A DNA stretch of 64,000 nucleotides from a candidate division FCPU426 bacterium (GTDB lineage Bacteria; Oederibacteriota; Muellerivitia; Muellerivitales; Muellerivitaceae), in contig CAWKAR010000029.1 in NCBI GenBank assembly GCA_963847625.1, forward strand, positions 27,360-91,359, given 5' to 3'. A program made the position numbers and the translations under genes. The notes beneath the pieces are model-generated. The model did not search any database. It saw only the letters and a list, made by a program, of their open reading frames with translations, and was not told the origin of the DNA. Below are positions 1 to 11,808 of this stretch, piece after piece. Every line of letters begins with the position of its first letter. The stretch's first letter is position 1.

Positions 1-2
1 AA

Positions 3-269
3 AAACTGGGGTTTCCGGCGGACCTCCGGAACTACGGCATCGGGGCCCAGATCCTGGTGGACCTGGGCGTGGAGGAAATACGTCTCCTGACCAACAACCC
101 CAAGAAAATCGTGGGACTCGAGGGGTACGGCTTAAGGGTGGTGGAACGTGTTCCCATCGAGATTCCGCCGAATGCGGTCAACGCCCGGTATCTGGACGCC
201 AAACGGTCTAAAATGGGACATATTTTAAACAAAAAAAGCGAACGGGACCCGCCGGAGGGGCTAAAATGA
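3..269 (+). CDS. ribBA: GTP cyclohydrolase II / bifunctional RibBA, C-terminal part (5' end outside window)
   Basis: Frame open from base 3: [44 protein letters not shown]...[11 protein letters not shown], the RibA C-terminal signature; overlaps ribH start. Confidence 0.93.
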   Translation, partial: KLGFPADLRNYGIGAQILVDLGVEEIRLLTNNPKKIVGLEGYGLRVVERVPIEIPPNAVNARYLDAKRSKMGHILNKKSERDPPEGLK

Positions 270-736
270 AAAACATTGTTTACGAGGGAACTCCCGAGGG
301 GACCGGAAAGCGCGTGGCGGTGGTGGTGAGCCGTTATAACGATCTCATCACGCGCAGGCTCCTGGAAGGGGCTTTGGAAACGCTATCCCGCCAAGGGGTG
401 AAAGGCCAGAACGTGGAAGTGGCCTGGGTTCCCGGGGCCTGGGAAATACCGGTGGTAGCCCGGAAATTGGCGAAGACGGGCCGGTTTGACGGCATCATTG
501 CGTTGGGCGCGATTATCCGGGGAGAGACCACCCACCACGAGGTGATCGGACGTGAGGTGTCGGCGGGTCTCAGGCGATTGGCCGAGGATACTGGCCTGCC
601 GGTGGCCCTCGGGGTTCTGACCACCGAGAACCTGGAGCAAGCCCTGGCCCGGGTGGGCGAGGGGTTGGACAATAAAGGCACCGAAGCGGCCCTTCATCTC
701 CTGGACACGCTTTCGGTATTGGGACAGATTCACTAA
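266..736 (+). CDS. ribH: 6,7-dimethyl-8-ribityllumazine synthase
   Basis: [35 protein letters not shown] motifs; rib-nusB context. Confidence 0.96.
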   Translation: MKNIVYEGTPEGTGKRVAVVVSRYNDLITRRLLEGALETLSRQGVKGQNVEVAWVPGAWEIPVVARKLAKTGRFDGIIALGAIIRGETTHHEVIGREVSAGLRRLAEDTGLPVALGVLTTENLEQALARVGEGLDNKGTEAALHLLDTLSVLGQIH

Positions 737-772
737 ACCAAAATCCGGATTTTCTGGTTTCAAAGGCGAAAA

Positions 773-1180
773 ATGGGTTTAAAACGAAGGACACGCGAAC
801 TGGCATTACAGATGCTTTTTCAGATGGACCTGGGTACCGTCCAGCTGAAGGACTTGGAGGCGATTTTCCTTCCGCAGGCCAGCGCCCCGGAAGCCGCCAA
901 GATCATGGCCTTGCGCCTGGTCAAGAGTACCTGGGATTGCGTCGCCGAGATCGACCGGCGTCTTCGGGAACTGGCGGAGAACTGGGACTTGACACGCATG
1001 GCGGCGGTTGACCGCAACATCCTGCGAATGGCCGCCTATGAAATCCTATACGAGAAGGATATACCAAAATCGGTGGCCATCAACGAGGCCATCGAAATAG
1101 TCAAGAAGTTCAGCACCGTGGAATCCGGAAAGTTCGTAAACGGCATCTTGGACAAACTGGATAAAGTTCAAAGCAATTGA
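773..1180 (+). CDS. nusB: Transcription antitermination factor NusB
   Basis: RRTRELALQMLFQ, VDRNILRMAAYE, INEAIEIVKKFS, FVNGILD. Confidence 0.96.
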   Translation: MGLKRRTRELALQMLFQMDLGTVQLKDLEAIFLPQASAPEAAKIMALRLVKSTWDCVAEIDRRLRELAENWDLTRMAAVDRNILRMAAYEILYEKDIPKSVAINEAIEIVKKFSTVESGKFVNGILDKLDKVQSN

Positions 1181-1288
1181 GGGTTATCAACCGTCCGTTG
1201 GAGATTGGAAGCTGACGGCTTATATGTCAATTTGTTTTTATTCGTGAACTTCTGTTTTCTCATCTACTGCTTGTAATAGGGGTTTGAA

Positions 1289-1639
1289 TTGGAAATTGAC
1301 ATTCCTCAGGATATAAGAGCCTTCATCGACGAAGTCGTGGATTCCTTCGTCATGTGGGATCTTTTGATCTATTTCTCAAAAAAACAGGATGTATCAGAGC
1401 CTCCTGAGGATGTCGTACGGCTTTTGGGCAGGTCGATGGAGGATGTGCTCAAACCCTTCGAAAGATTGGAAAAGATGGAAATTCTTATCCAGGAAAAAAA
1501 TCCTGAGGGGAAGAATTTAGGCCGCCTGAACCTTCAAACTCCTTTTCTCCCGGCCTTGAAAAAATTCTGGGAATACAACGAGCGCCAGGAAAACCGACTG
1601 CGGATATTGAGCTACCTCCTGCACAAAAAAGCCCGGTAG
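1289..1639 (+). CDS. Hypothetical protein (possibly winged-helix-like)
   Basis: 116 aa ORF, TTG start after GGGG; fills the gap between nusB and the phosphoesterase; no firm motif. Confidence 0.55.
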   Translation: MEIDIPQDIRAFIDEVVDSFVMWDLLIYFSKKQDVSEPPEDVVRLLGRSMEDVLKPFERLEKMEILIQEKNPEGKNLGRLNLQTPFLPALKKFWEYNERQENRLRILSYLLHKKAR

Positions 1640-1793
1640 CACGTCCGGCGAGAGCCAATCGATGGATCCCAAAGCCCGTTTACGAATTTTTACCCCTAAA
1701 CGCTGACTACCCAACATTTTTCCAAGCCAATCCGGGTTGATTTCATAAAGTCCGTGTTAAAATAGGTCGTCGTATTTCCCGTCTGGGAGTCAT

Positions 1794-2525
1794 ATGCGTT
1801 ACGGCATTTTTTCGGATATCCACAGCAACTTGGAAGCCATGACCGCGGTTGCAGCGGCCATGAAGGCCGAAGGCGCCCAGGAATACTTATGCCTCGGCGA
1901 TTTTGTGGGCTATTACGCCAATCCCGTCGAGGTCATCGAACTTATCGAATCCCTCTGCTGCTGGAAGATGGTCCTGGGCAACCACGATTCAGGCTGTTTG
2001 GGAAAAACCCCCTTGGCCAAATTCAACCCGCCCGCCGCCCAGGCTTTGACTTGGACTCGGGAGCGCCTGAAACCCCAGCACATCAAATTCCTGGAGAGCT
2101 TGCGCCTGCGGGAGGAAATCGGCGAGATCCAATTGGTGCATTCGTCACCCTTTCAAAGCGGGGAATGGCATTACTTGATTAAGAAAGAAGATATTGAGAA
2201 TAATTTCCGCTACTTTGAAGGAGTCCTTTGCCTCTTCGGACACATTCATGCGCCTTACATTGCCGAGCAGAAATCGGACGGGACGGTGGAGGTGCTGAAG
2301 GACCAGGAATACGTGCTCAAAAGCGATTGCCGGTACCTGGTGAACGCAGGAAGCGTAGGCCAGCCGCGGGACGGGGATCCCCGTACCTGCTACGTTATGT
2401 ACGACTCTTCCACCCGGAAAATTTCCATCCGACGCATCGAATACGACTATGAAACTACGATGAAAAAAACCCTCGCCGCCGGATTATCCGATTACCTTGC
2501 CAATCGCTTGAAGACAGGGAAATAA
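1794..2525 (+). CDS. Metallophosphoesterase (calcineurin-like) family protein
   Basis: SDIHSN, LGDFVGY, GNHD, VHSSP, FGHIH, NAGSVGQPRD motifs. Confidence 0.92.
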   Translation: MRYGIFSDIHSNLEAMTAVAAAMKAEGAQEYLCLGDFVGYYANPVEVIELIESLCCWKMVLGNHDSGCLGKTPLAKFNPPAAQALTWTRERLKPQHIKFLESLRLREEIGEIQLVHSSPFQSGEWHYLIKKEDIENNFRYFEGVLCLFGHIHAPYIAEQKSDGTVEVLKDQEYVLKSDCRYLVNAGSVGQPRDGDPRTCYVMYDSSTRKISIRRIEYDYETTMKKTLAAGLSDYLANRLKTGK

Positions 2526-2669
2526 TCCGATTGAAGTTCAAGCCTAACTTGTGCAGAAAAAATATGATTATCAAACTACTAGATAGAGTAGTAAATTCCC
2601 TTTCATCCGTATAAAGACTCCAAAATAAACAGCCTCCATTTCTTGTGCTAAGGTTGATTTCCTGGTTAA

Positions 2670-4724
<2,055 letters not shown>

Positions 4725-4736
4725 AAAGGAATAACC

Positions 4737-5237
4737 ATGAGAAGAATCATTTTTACCGGGTTTATCTGCGCGCTTGCATGTTTCTCTCTCCTAGTTACTT
4801 CCGCGCAAGCCAATTCTATTCTCTCAAGCACACCGACGTCTAAGCCATCCGGCCTGGACCAGGCCCTGACCTCGGAGGTGAATGATTTGGAAAAAGCCAA
4901 AAGCGAAGTACAGGCCTTGAAGGACGCTTGGGACCGGTCCCGCCTGGAAGCCACCCTGTACGAAAAGCGGGCCAAACGGGCTTACCTGCGATGGGTGAAG
5001 GCCGCGAAGAATGTGAAAGCTGAGGCCCAAGAACGGAAGGAAAAGGCGGAATTGGAACTGCAACTAGCCGTGGAGAAAAGGAAGCTGGCTTACAGCTTTT
5101 GGCAAACCTCGGTTTTTAAGCAGGCTGCCAAAGAATCGGAAGTGAAGGCCCTCGCTCAGCAAAAAGACACGGTTGGAATTAAGGAAAAAATCAAACAGTT
5201 GGAAACAAAGCTAGGCCCGCCCAAGGAAAACAATTGA
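4737..5237 (+). CDS. Hypothetical exported coiled-coil protein
   Basis: Signal-peptide-like N-terminus (MRRIIF...SAQA), Ala/Lys/Glu-rich helical body, AAGGA RBS. Confidence 0.7.
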   Translation: MRRIIFTGFICALACFSLLVTSAQANSILSSTPTSKPSGLDQALTSEVNDLEKAKSEVQALKDAWDRSRLEATLYEKRAKRAYLRWVKAAKNVKAEAQERKEKAELELQLAVEKRKLAYSFWQTSVFKQAAKESEVKALAQQKDTVGIKEKIKQLETKLGPPKENN

Positions 5238-5398
5238 AAAGACTCGATGAGCTGGCGGGTTTTAGCTGTTGGTTAAACAGCGTGTTATCAATTGTAGTTC
5301 ATTTGAAATAAATCCCTGATAAACATCCCGCCTTGAACGACCCCCATAAAGCCCTTATACTTAACCGTCTTTGCCACATTTCCTGAAATAGAGGTTCC

Positions 5399-8066
5399 AT
5401 GATTAACCTGATTTTAACCAAGATGTTTGGAAGCAAAAACGAGCGTGAAATCAAGAAAATCCGGCCCAGGGTGCTGGATATCAACGATTTCGAGCCGAAA
5501 TTGCAGGCACTTTCCGACGAGGGCCTGAAGGCCAAAACCAACGAGTTCAAGGACCGCCTGACCCACGGCGAAACCCTGGACGATCTCCTGCCCGAGGTTT
5601 TCGCTGTGGTGAGGGAAGCTTCCAAAAGGACCCTAGGACTGCGCCATTTCGACGTGCAGATGCTGGGGGGCATGGTTCTGCACTCCGGCCGTATCTCGGA
5701 AATGAAGACGGGGGAGGGAAAAACCCTGGTGGCCACCCTGCCGGTTTACCTGAATGCCTTGGAGGGCAAGGGCGTGCACGTGGTCACGGTCAACGACTAC
5801 CTGGCCGAACGCGACAGCCTGGGCCTCGGCAACTTCAAGGGCATGGCCAACGTTTACAGCTTCCTGGGCATGTCTTGCGGCGTCATCAAGCACGGCCTCT
5901 CCTACCAGCAGCGCAAGGAGGCCTACGCCTGCGACATCACCTACGGCACCAACAACGAAATGGGGTTCGACTACCTTCGCGACAACATGGCCACCTCCAT
6001 GGAATACGTGGTCCAGCGGGACCTGCATTACGCCATCGTGGACGAGGTGGACAGCATCCTGGTGGACGAGGCCCGCACCCCCCTGATCATCTCCGGGCCC
6101 TCCGAGGAATCCACCGACCTTTACTACCGGATCGACCGCATCATCCCCGCCCTCAAAAAAGGGCCGGATTACGACATCGAGGAAAAGACCCGTGTCGGCC
6201 TTCCTCACCGAGCCGGGCGTGAGGCACGTGGAACAGCTCCTGAAGGTGGACAACCTCTACGACCACAAGAACGTGCAACTGGTGCATCACGTGGACCAAG
6301 CCCTGAAGGCCCATGCGATTTTCAAGACGCGACGTGGACTATATCGTGAAGGATGGGGAAGTCATCATCGTGGACGAGTTCACGGGCCGCATCATGCCGG
6401 GCCGGCGCTACTCGGACGGCCTTCACCAGGCCCTGGAGGCCAAGGAGAAGGTCAAGATCGAGGCCGAAAACCAGACCCTAGCCACCATCACCTTCCAGAA
6501 TTTCTTCCGGATGTACAAGAAACTTGCCGGCATGACGGGCACCGCCGAGACCGAGGCCGCCGAGTTCAAGGAAATCTACAAGCTGGACGTGATTTGCGTT
6601 CCCACCCACATGCCCATGGTCCGCAAGGACGAGTCCGACGCGGTTTACCGCACCCAGAAGGAGAAATTCAACGCCATCGTGGAAGAAATCGTCGAGATGA
6701 ACGAGAAAAAACAGCCGGTGCTCGTGGGCACGGTTTCCATCGAGAAGAACGAACTGCTTTCCGCCATGCTCAAGAAGCGCGGGGTCAAGCACGAGGTCCT
6801 GAACGCCAAGTTCCACGAACGCGAGGCTGAGATCATCGCGCTGGCCGGACAGCCAGGCGCGGTCACCATCGCCACCAACATGGCGGGGCGCGGCACTGAC
6901 ATCGTTTTGGGGCCCGGCGTCAAGGAACTGGGCGGCCTCGCGGTCCTGGGAACGGAGCGGCACGAGAGCCGCCGAATCGACAACCAATTGCGCGGCCGGT
7001 CAGGCCGGCAGGGCGACCCGGGGTTCTCCCTCTTTTACGTGGCGCTCGAGGACGACCTCATGCGCATTTTCGGCTGAGCGACCGCCTCAAAAACTGGATG
7101 ACCAAGCTGGGCATGCAGGAAGGCGAGGTCATCTCCCATCCCTGGGTTTCCAAGTCCATCGAACGGTCCCAGAAAGCGGTGGAAGGCCACAACTTCGACA
7201 TCAGGAAGCACCTTCTGGAATACGACGACGTCATGAACAAGCAGAGGGAGCGCATCTACAAGGAACGCAACCGGGTCCTCCACGAGGGGGACATCCGCTC
7301 CCACATGATCCAGATCGTGGAGGACGTGGCCGCGGATGGCGTCGAGGTCTACATGCCCGAAAAATCCAAGTCCGACGAATGGGATATCCCGGGCTTGATG
7401 AAGTGGTATAGGGGCATCTTCCAGACAGAGCTCGTTTGGAACCTGGAAAACATCAAGTTGATGGATCGCGAGGGCATATTCAAGGCCCTTCAGGATGAGA
7501 TGGTGAAGGCGTACGAGACCAAGGAAAAGGCCCTCACGCCCCAGGTCATGCGCACCCTGGAACGGGCCATCCTTTTGGAAGTCATCGACAACCAGTGGAA
7601 GGACCACCTGCTTTCCATGGACCACATGAAGGAAGGCATCGGACTGCAATCCTACGGCGGCAAGGATCCCCTCATCGAGTACAAGAGGGAAGGCTTGTCG
7701 CTGTTCATGGAGATGCTGGGCCGGATCGAGGAGGATACTCTCAAGCTCATCTTCCTGGTCCAGACCGTGAAGTCCTCCGACCAGCTGTTTGGCCAGGCCC
7801 CGTCTGTTATGAAGGAAGAACACCCCGAATTCGACTACAACTCGGCCATGGCCCAGCAACCGGCGCCCCAACCCGTGCTCGTGGCCCCGGGATTACCGCC
7901 CGGAATGGGGCCCCCTCCGGGCATGGAACAGTGGCAGGCCCAGGGCAGCCAACCCCAACCCCAGGCCAAGGTAGCCCCCTTTCGCAGGGAAGGACCCAAG
8001 GTCGGCCGCAACGAGCCCTGCTGGTGCGGGAGTGGCAAAAAGTTTAAGAAGTGTCACGGAACTTAA
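5399..8066 (+). CDS. secA: Preprotein translocase ATPase SecA, split by three frameshifts (near 6194, 6327, 7075)
   Basis: [51 protein letters not shown] and SEC-C ([19 protein letters not shown]) lie in order across ORFs 5399-6349, 6192-6326, 6313-7077, 7098-8066. Confidence 0.95.
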
Positions 8067-8139
8067 GTTTTTGGTGTCATTGTTTTGCCCCCGATTTCGC
8101 AGCTCGCATTGGCGGAATTTAATAAAAGGAAAAACGACC

Positions 8140-9783
8140 ATGTTTAAAAAAGGCCTTTTCCTCTTGATGGTTATGGTTGCTTTTTCCGGTTGTAAAAAGG
8201 TCGATCCCAAGATCTACCGCCAGGTGGGCCCTACGGCCGACGGGGATATGATTGTCGAGTCCTCCATCGGGGACGCCAAGACCCTTAACCCCGCGTTGTC
8301 TGACGAAAGTGCTGGCGGCGACATCATCAGCTTGGTTTTTAACGGTCTCCTGCGCTACAACCCCAACCTGGCGCTGGAACCCTGCCTGGCCGAGAAATGG
8401 ACCGTCTCCAAGGATGGAAAAACCGTCACTTATTACTTGCGGAAAGGCGTGAAGTTCCACGACGGAGTGGAGTTCACGGCCCAGGACGTCCTTTTTACCT
8501 ATAAGGTTTACACCGATCCGACGGTCAATACGCCCTTTGGCGCCGACTACCAGTACATCAAGGACGTCAAAATCCTGGACCCCTACACTGTCCGGGTCCT
8601 TTACAAGAAAGCCTTTGCGCCAGCCCTGACCAACACTTTTGGTGCCATACTTCCCATGCACCTCCTGGACGGAAAAGATATCAACCACTACGACGCTTTT
8701 AACCGGCATCCCGTCGGCACCGGGCCCTACCGGTTCGTGGAATGGAAAACCGACCAGCAAATCGTTTTGGAGGCCAACCCGAACTACTGGGAAGGCAAAC
8801 CCCATATCCGGCGTTTCATCATGCGCATCATCCCGGACCAGTCCTCAGAATTCTTGAGCCTCTTGAAGGGTGAGACGGACGCCATGGGGGCCTGGACCAG
8901 TGGAACGCTGAGCCCGGAACAATACGCCCGGGAGACGGATACTCCCCGGTTCACCGATTTTTACGACAAGTACCAGACGGATCAATTCGTCTACATCTAC
9001 CTAGGCTGGAACCTGGAGAATCCCCTGTTCAAGGACGTCCAGGTGCGAAAAGCCCTCACTATGGCCATCGACCGCCAAGCCATCATCAAGAACGTGGTTT
9101 ACGGCCTGGGAAGCGTCTGCACCGGCCCCTTCGTTCCCAATTCCTGGGCCAGCAACAAGGACGTGAAACCCCTACCGTTCGACCCGGAAGGGGCGAAAAA
9201 AATCCTGAAGAAAGCGGGATGGAAGCCGGGACCGGACGGTATCCTGGTGAAAACCCTCCGGGGCAAGAAGACTCCTTTCCGCTTCAAGCTCTTTACCAAC
9301 CAGGGCAACGTGAGCCGGGAGCGCATCGCCACCATCGTCCAGCAGCAGTTGAAAGAAATTGGGGTGGACTGCCGGCCGCAGATCATGGAATGGACCACCC
9401 TGTTGAGCGAGTACATCAACAAGCGTAAGTACGACGCCATGGTCATGGGATGGCAATTCGGACCGGAACCCGACTGCTATTTGACCTGGCACTCCTCTCA
9501 GATGGGGGAACACCAGTACAACATGGTGGATTACAAGAACCGGACCGTGGACCGGCTTTTGGTGGAGGGCCGTGTAACCCTGGATCCGGCTAAAAGGGCC
9601 AAGATCTACCACCGCATCCACAAGATCCTCGCCGACGACGTGGCCGCCACCTTCCTGTACGTGCCCTACGCCCTTCCGGCTGTTCACAAGCGTTACAAGG
9701 GCCTCCAGCCCAACCACAACGGCATCGGCTGGCACCCCGAACGGTGGTACGTGCCCCTGAGCCAGCAGAAATACAAACTTTGA
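8140..9783 (+). CDS. Peptide ABC transporter substrate-binding lipoprotein (family 5, OppA/AppA-like)
   Basis: Lipobox FSGC after ATG 8140 (AAGGA RBS); LRKGVKFHDG, PVGTGPY, VRKALTMAIDR. Confidence 0.92.
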   Translation: MFKKGLFLLMVMVAFSGCKKVDPKIYRQVGPTADGDMIVESSIGDAKTLNPALSDESAGGDIISLVFNGLLRYNPNLALEPCLAEKWTVSKDGKTVTYYLRKGVKFHDGVEFTAQDVLFTYKVYTDPTVNTPFGADYQYIKDVKILDPYTVRVLYKKAFAPALTNTFGAILPMHLLDGKDINHYDAFNRHPVGTGPYRFVEWKTDQQIVLEANPNYWEGKPHIRRFIMRIIPDQSSEFLSLLKGETDAMGAWTSGTLSPEQYARETDTPRFTDFYDKYQTDQFVYIYLGWNLENPLFKDVQVRKALTMAIDRQAIIKNVVYGLGSVCTGPFVPNSWASNKDVKPLPFDPEGAKKILKKAGWKPGPDGILVKTLRGKKTPFRFKLFTNQGNVSRERIATIVQQQLKEIGVDCRPQIMEWTTLLSEYINKRKYDAMVMGWQFGPEPDCYLTWHSSQMGEHQYNMVDYKNRTVDRLLVEGRVTLDPAKRAKIYHRIHKILADDVAATFLYVPYALPAVHKRYKGLQPNHNGIGWHPERWYVPLSQQKYKL

Positions 9784-9879
9784 TTCTTCGCCTTTTTGAC
9801 TTGCGAAACGGCGGTTTAAATAGAGGTATCAAAATTCGTTCCTCGGCGAGACCCAAGTTTAATTTTCGGAATTGAACCC

Positions 9880-10851
9880 ATGCGCAAATACCTGATCCGC
9901 CGTTTTTTGATGATGATTCCCCTGCTACTGGGGATCTCCATCCTCTCCTTTTCCATCATGAAACTGGCTCCCGGCGACCCGGCGTCCCTGAGCGTCAACT
10001 TGAATTCCAAGATCGATCCGGGATACATCACCAAGTTGCGCGCCCATTGGGGCCTGGACCAGCCTCTCCACATTCAGTATTGGCGCTGGCTCAAGGGAAT
10101 GCTCACCTTCGATTTTGGCATTTCCTTCAAAGATGGGAGGCCCGCGTTGAATGTCATCGCCGAACGGTTCCCGGCCACCTTGCTCCTCTCGGGCCTCTCG
10201 GAAGTGCTCCTGTTCCTCATCGCGGTGCCCCTGGGCGTGGCCGCGGCTTATTACCAGGGAAAATGGTTCGACCGGTTCACGACCCTGTTTTCCTTCGTGG
10301 GATTCGCCACGCCGACCTTTTGGCTGGCCCTGATGCTCATGCTGGTGTTCGGCGTCCAGCTGGGGTGGCTTCCTGTTTCGGGAATGATGTCCGTCGGGAC
10401 CGACTACCTTCCCTGGTACCAGCAGGCCTGGGACCTGGCCGAGCACCTGCTCCTGCCGCTTTTCGTCACCACCTTCGGGGGGTTGGCTTCGGTCTCGCGC
10501 TATGCCCGAACCAGCATGCTGGAAGTCATCCGGCAGGATTACATCCGCACCGCCCGGGCCAAGGGCCTTTCGGAGTTCCAGGTGGTCATCCGGCACGCCG
10601 TGCCCAACGCCCTCCTCCCGATTGTGACCCTGCTAGGCTTGTCCCTCCCTTCCTTGATCGGGGGAAGCACCATTATCGAGACCATCTTCAGCTGGCCCGG
10701 CATGGGCCGTTTGAATTATGAGGCCATCATGTCCCGGAATTACACGGTCGTAATGGGCGTGGGCATCATTTCCGCTTTCCTAACGCTTTTTGGAAATTTG
10801 CTGGCGGACCTCTGTTACGCGCTGCTGGACCCGAGAATCCGATACAAGTAA
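9880..10851 (+). CDS. Peptide ABC transporter permease (OppB/DppB-like)
   Basis: LAPGDP, GLDQPLHIQY, DYIRTARAKGL EAA loop, IETIFSWPGMG. Confidence 0.95.
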   Translation: MRKYLIRRFLMMIPLLLGISILSFSIMKLAPGDPASLSVNLNSKIDPGYITKLRAHWGLDQPLHIQYWRWLKGMLTFDFGISFKDGRPALNVIAERFPATLLLSGLSEVLLFLIAVPLGVAAAYYQGKWFDRFTTLFSFVGFATPTFWLALMLMLVFGVQLGWLPVSGMMSVGTDYLPWYQQAWDLAEHLLLPLFVTTFGGLASVSRYARTSMLEVIRQDYIRTARAKGLSEFQVVIRHAVPNALLPIVTLLGLSLPSLIGGSTIIETIFSWPGMGRLNYEAIMSRNYTVVMGVGIISAFLTLFGNLLADLCYALLDPRIRYK

Positions 10852-10877
10852 ATACTGTCCGATTTGGAGAGACTGCG

Positions 10878-11723
10878 ATGAAGTTGAAACGGTTTATAAG
10901 AATTCATCCCCTGCTTTTTTGCGGCTTGGTGCTGGTGGGCCTGCTGGTGGTAACGGCACTCACGGCCCAATGGGTCGCGCCTTTCGACCCCGACCTGCAG
11001 TCCCTGGGTGACCTGGACCGCCTTCAGCCCCCTTCCTGGCACCACTGGATGGGAACGGACCAGTTCGGCCGGGACGTCCTCAGCCGCCTGCTGTACGCAT
11101 CCCGCATCTCCCTGGTGGTGGGATTGGTGGCGGTCTCGATCTACATCCTGATCGGAGTAACCATCGGGTCCCTGGCGGGTTTTTACGGAGGCTGGGTGGA
11201 CGGGCTCTTGATGCGCACCACCGATATTTTCCTGTGCGTGCCGACCTTTCTCCTGATCCTGATGGTCATCGCCTTCGTCGGGCCTAACATTATCAACGTC
11301 ATGGTCGTCATCGGCCTGACCTCCTGGACCGACGTGGCCAGGCTTGTCCGGAGCGAGATTTTGTCGCTGAAAGAGAGGGAGTTTATCCTGGCGGCCCGGG
11401 TTATCGGCATGAGCGACGCCCGGATTATTACCCGGCACCTCCTTCCCAACGCTTTGGGGCCGGTGATCGTAGTCGCCACCCTGGGGGTGGGCGGGGCCAT
11501 CCTGGTGGAATCCGGGTTGAGTTTCCTGGGATTGGGCGTTCAGCCGCCTACAGCCAGCTGGGGGAACATGCTCATGGAAGGAAAGGAACACCTGATGGAA
11601 GCCTGGTGGCTCGTTACTTTCCCCGGTCTGGCCATCTTTTTCACGGTTTTAGGATACAACTTCCTGGGGGAAGGCCTCAGGGACATGCTGGACCCCCGGC
11701 TCCAGGGCAGCGGCCGGGGTTAG
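10878..11723 (+). CDS. Peptide ABC transporter permease (OppC/DppC-like)
   Basis: HWMGTDQFGRDVLSR, REFILAARVIG, ESGLSFLGLGVQPPTASWG, GEGLRDMLDPR. Confidence 0.95.
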   Translation: MKLKRFIRIHPLLFCGLVLVGLLVVTALTAQWVAPFDPDLQSLGDLDRLQPPSWHHWMGTDQFGRDVLSRLLYASRISLVVGLVAVSIYILIGVTIGSLAGFYGGWVDGLLMRTTDIFLCVPTFLLILMVIAFVGPNIINVMVVIGLTSWTDVARLVRSEILSLKEREFILAARVIGMSDARIITRHLLPNALGPVIVVATLGVGGAILVESGLSFLGLGVQPPTASWGNMLMEGKEHLMEAWWLVTFPGLAIFFTVLGYNFLGEGLRDMLDPRLQGSGRG

Positions 11724-11808
11724 AAACTCATTATTTATGAAGAATGGAATGAAGCCTGATTTTAAAATATAACGTCTCTGGTTTTTAAGAAACCATTTTG
11801 GAGCAGGT

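Noticed and set aside
7075..7077. TGA read-through or selenocysteine in secA
   Set aside because: Downstream SecA sequence is in a different frame, so read-through would not restore it
8032..8139. Extended N-terminus of the ABC binding protein
   Set aside because: Overlaps secA; RBS and lipoprotein signal point to ATG 8140
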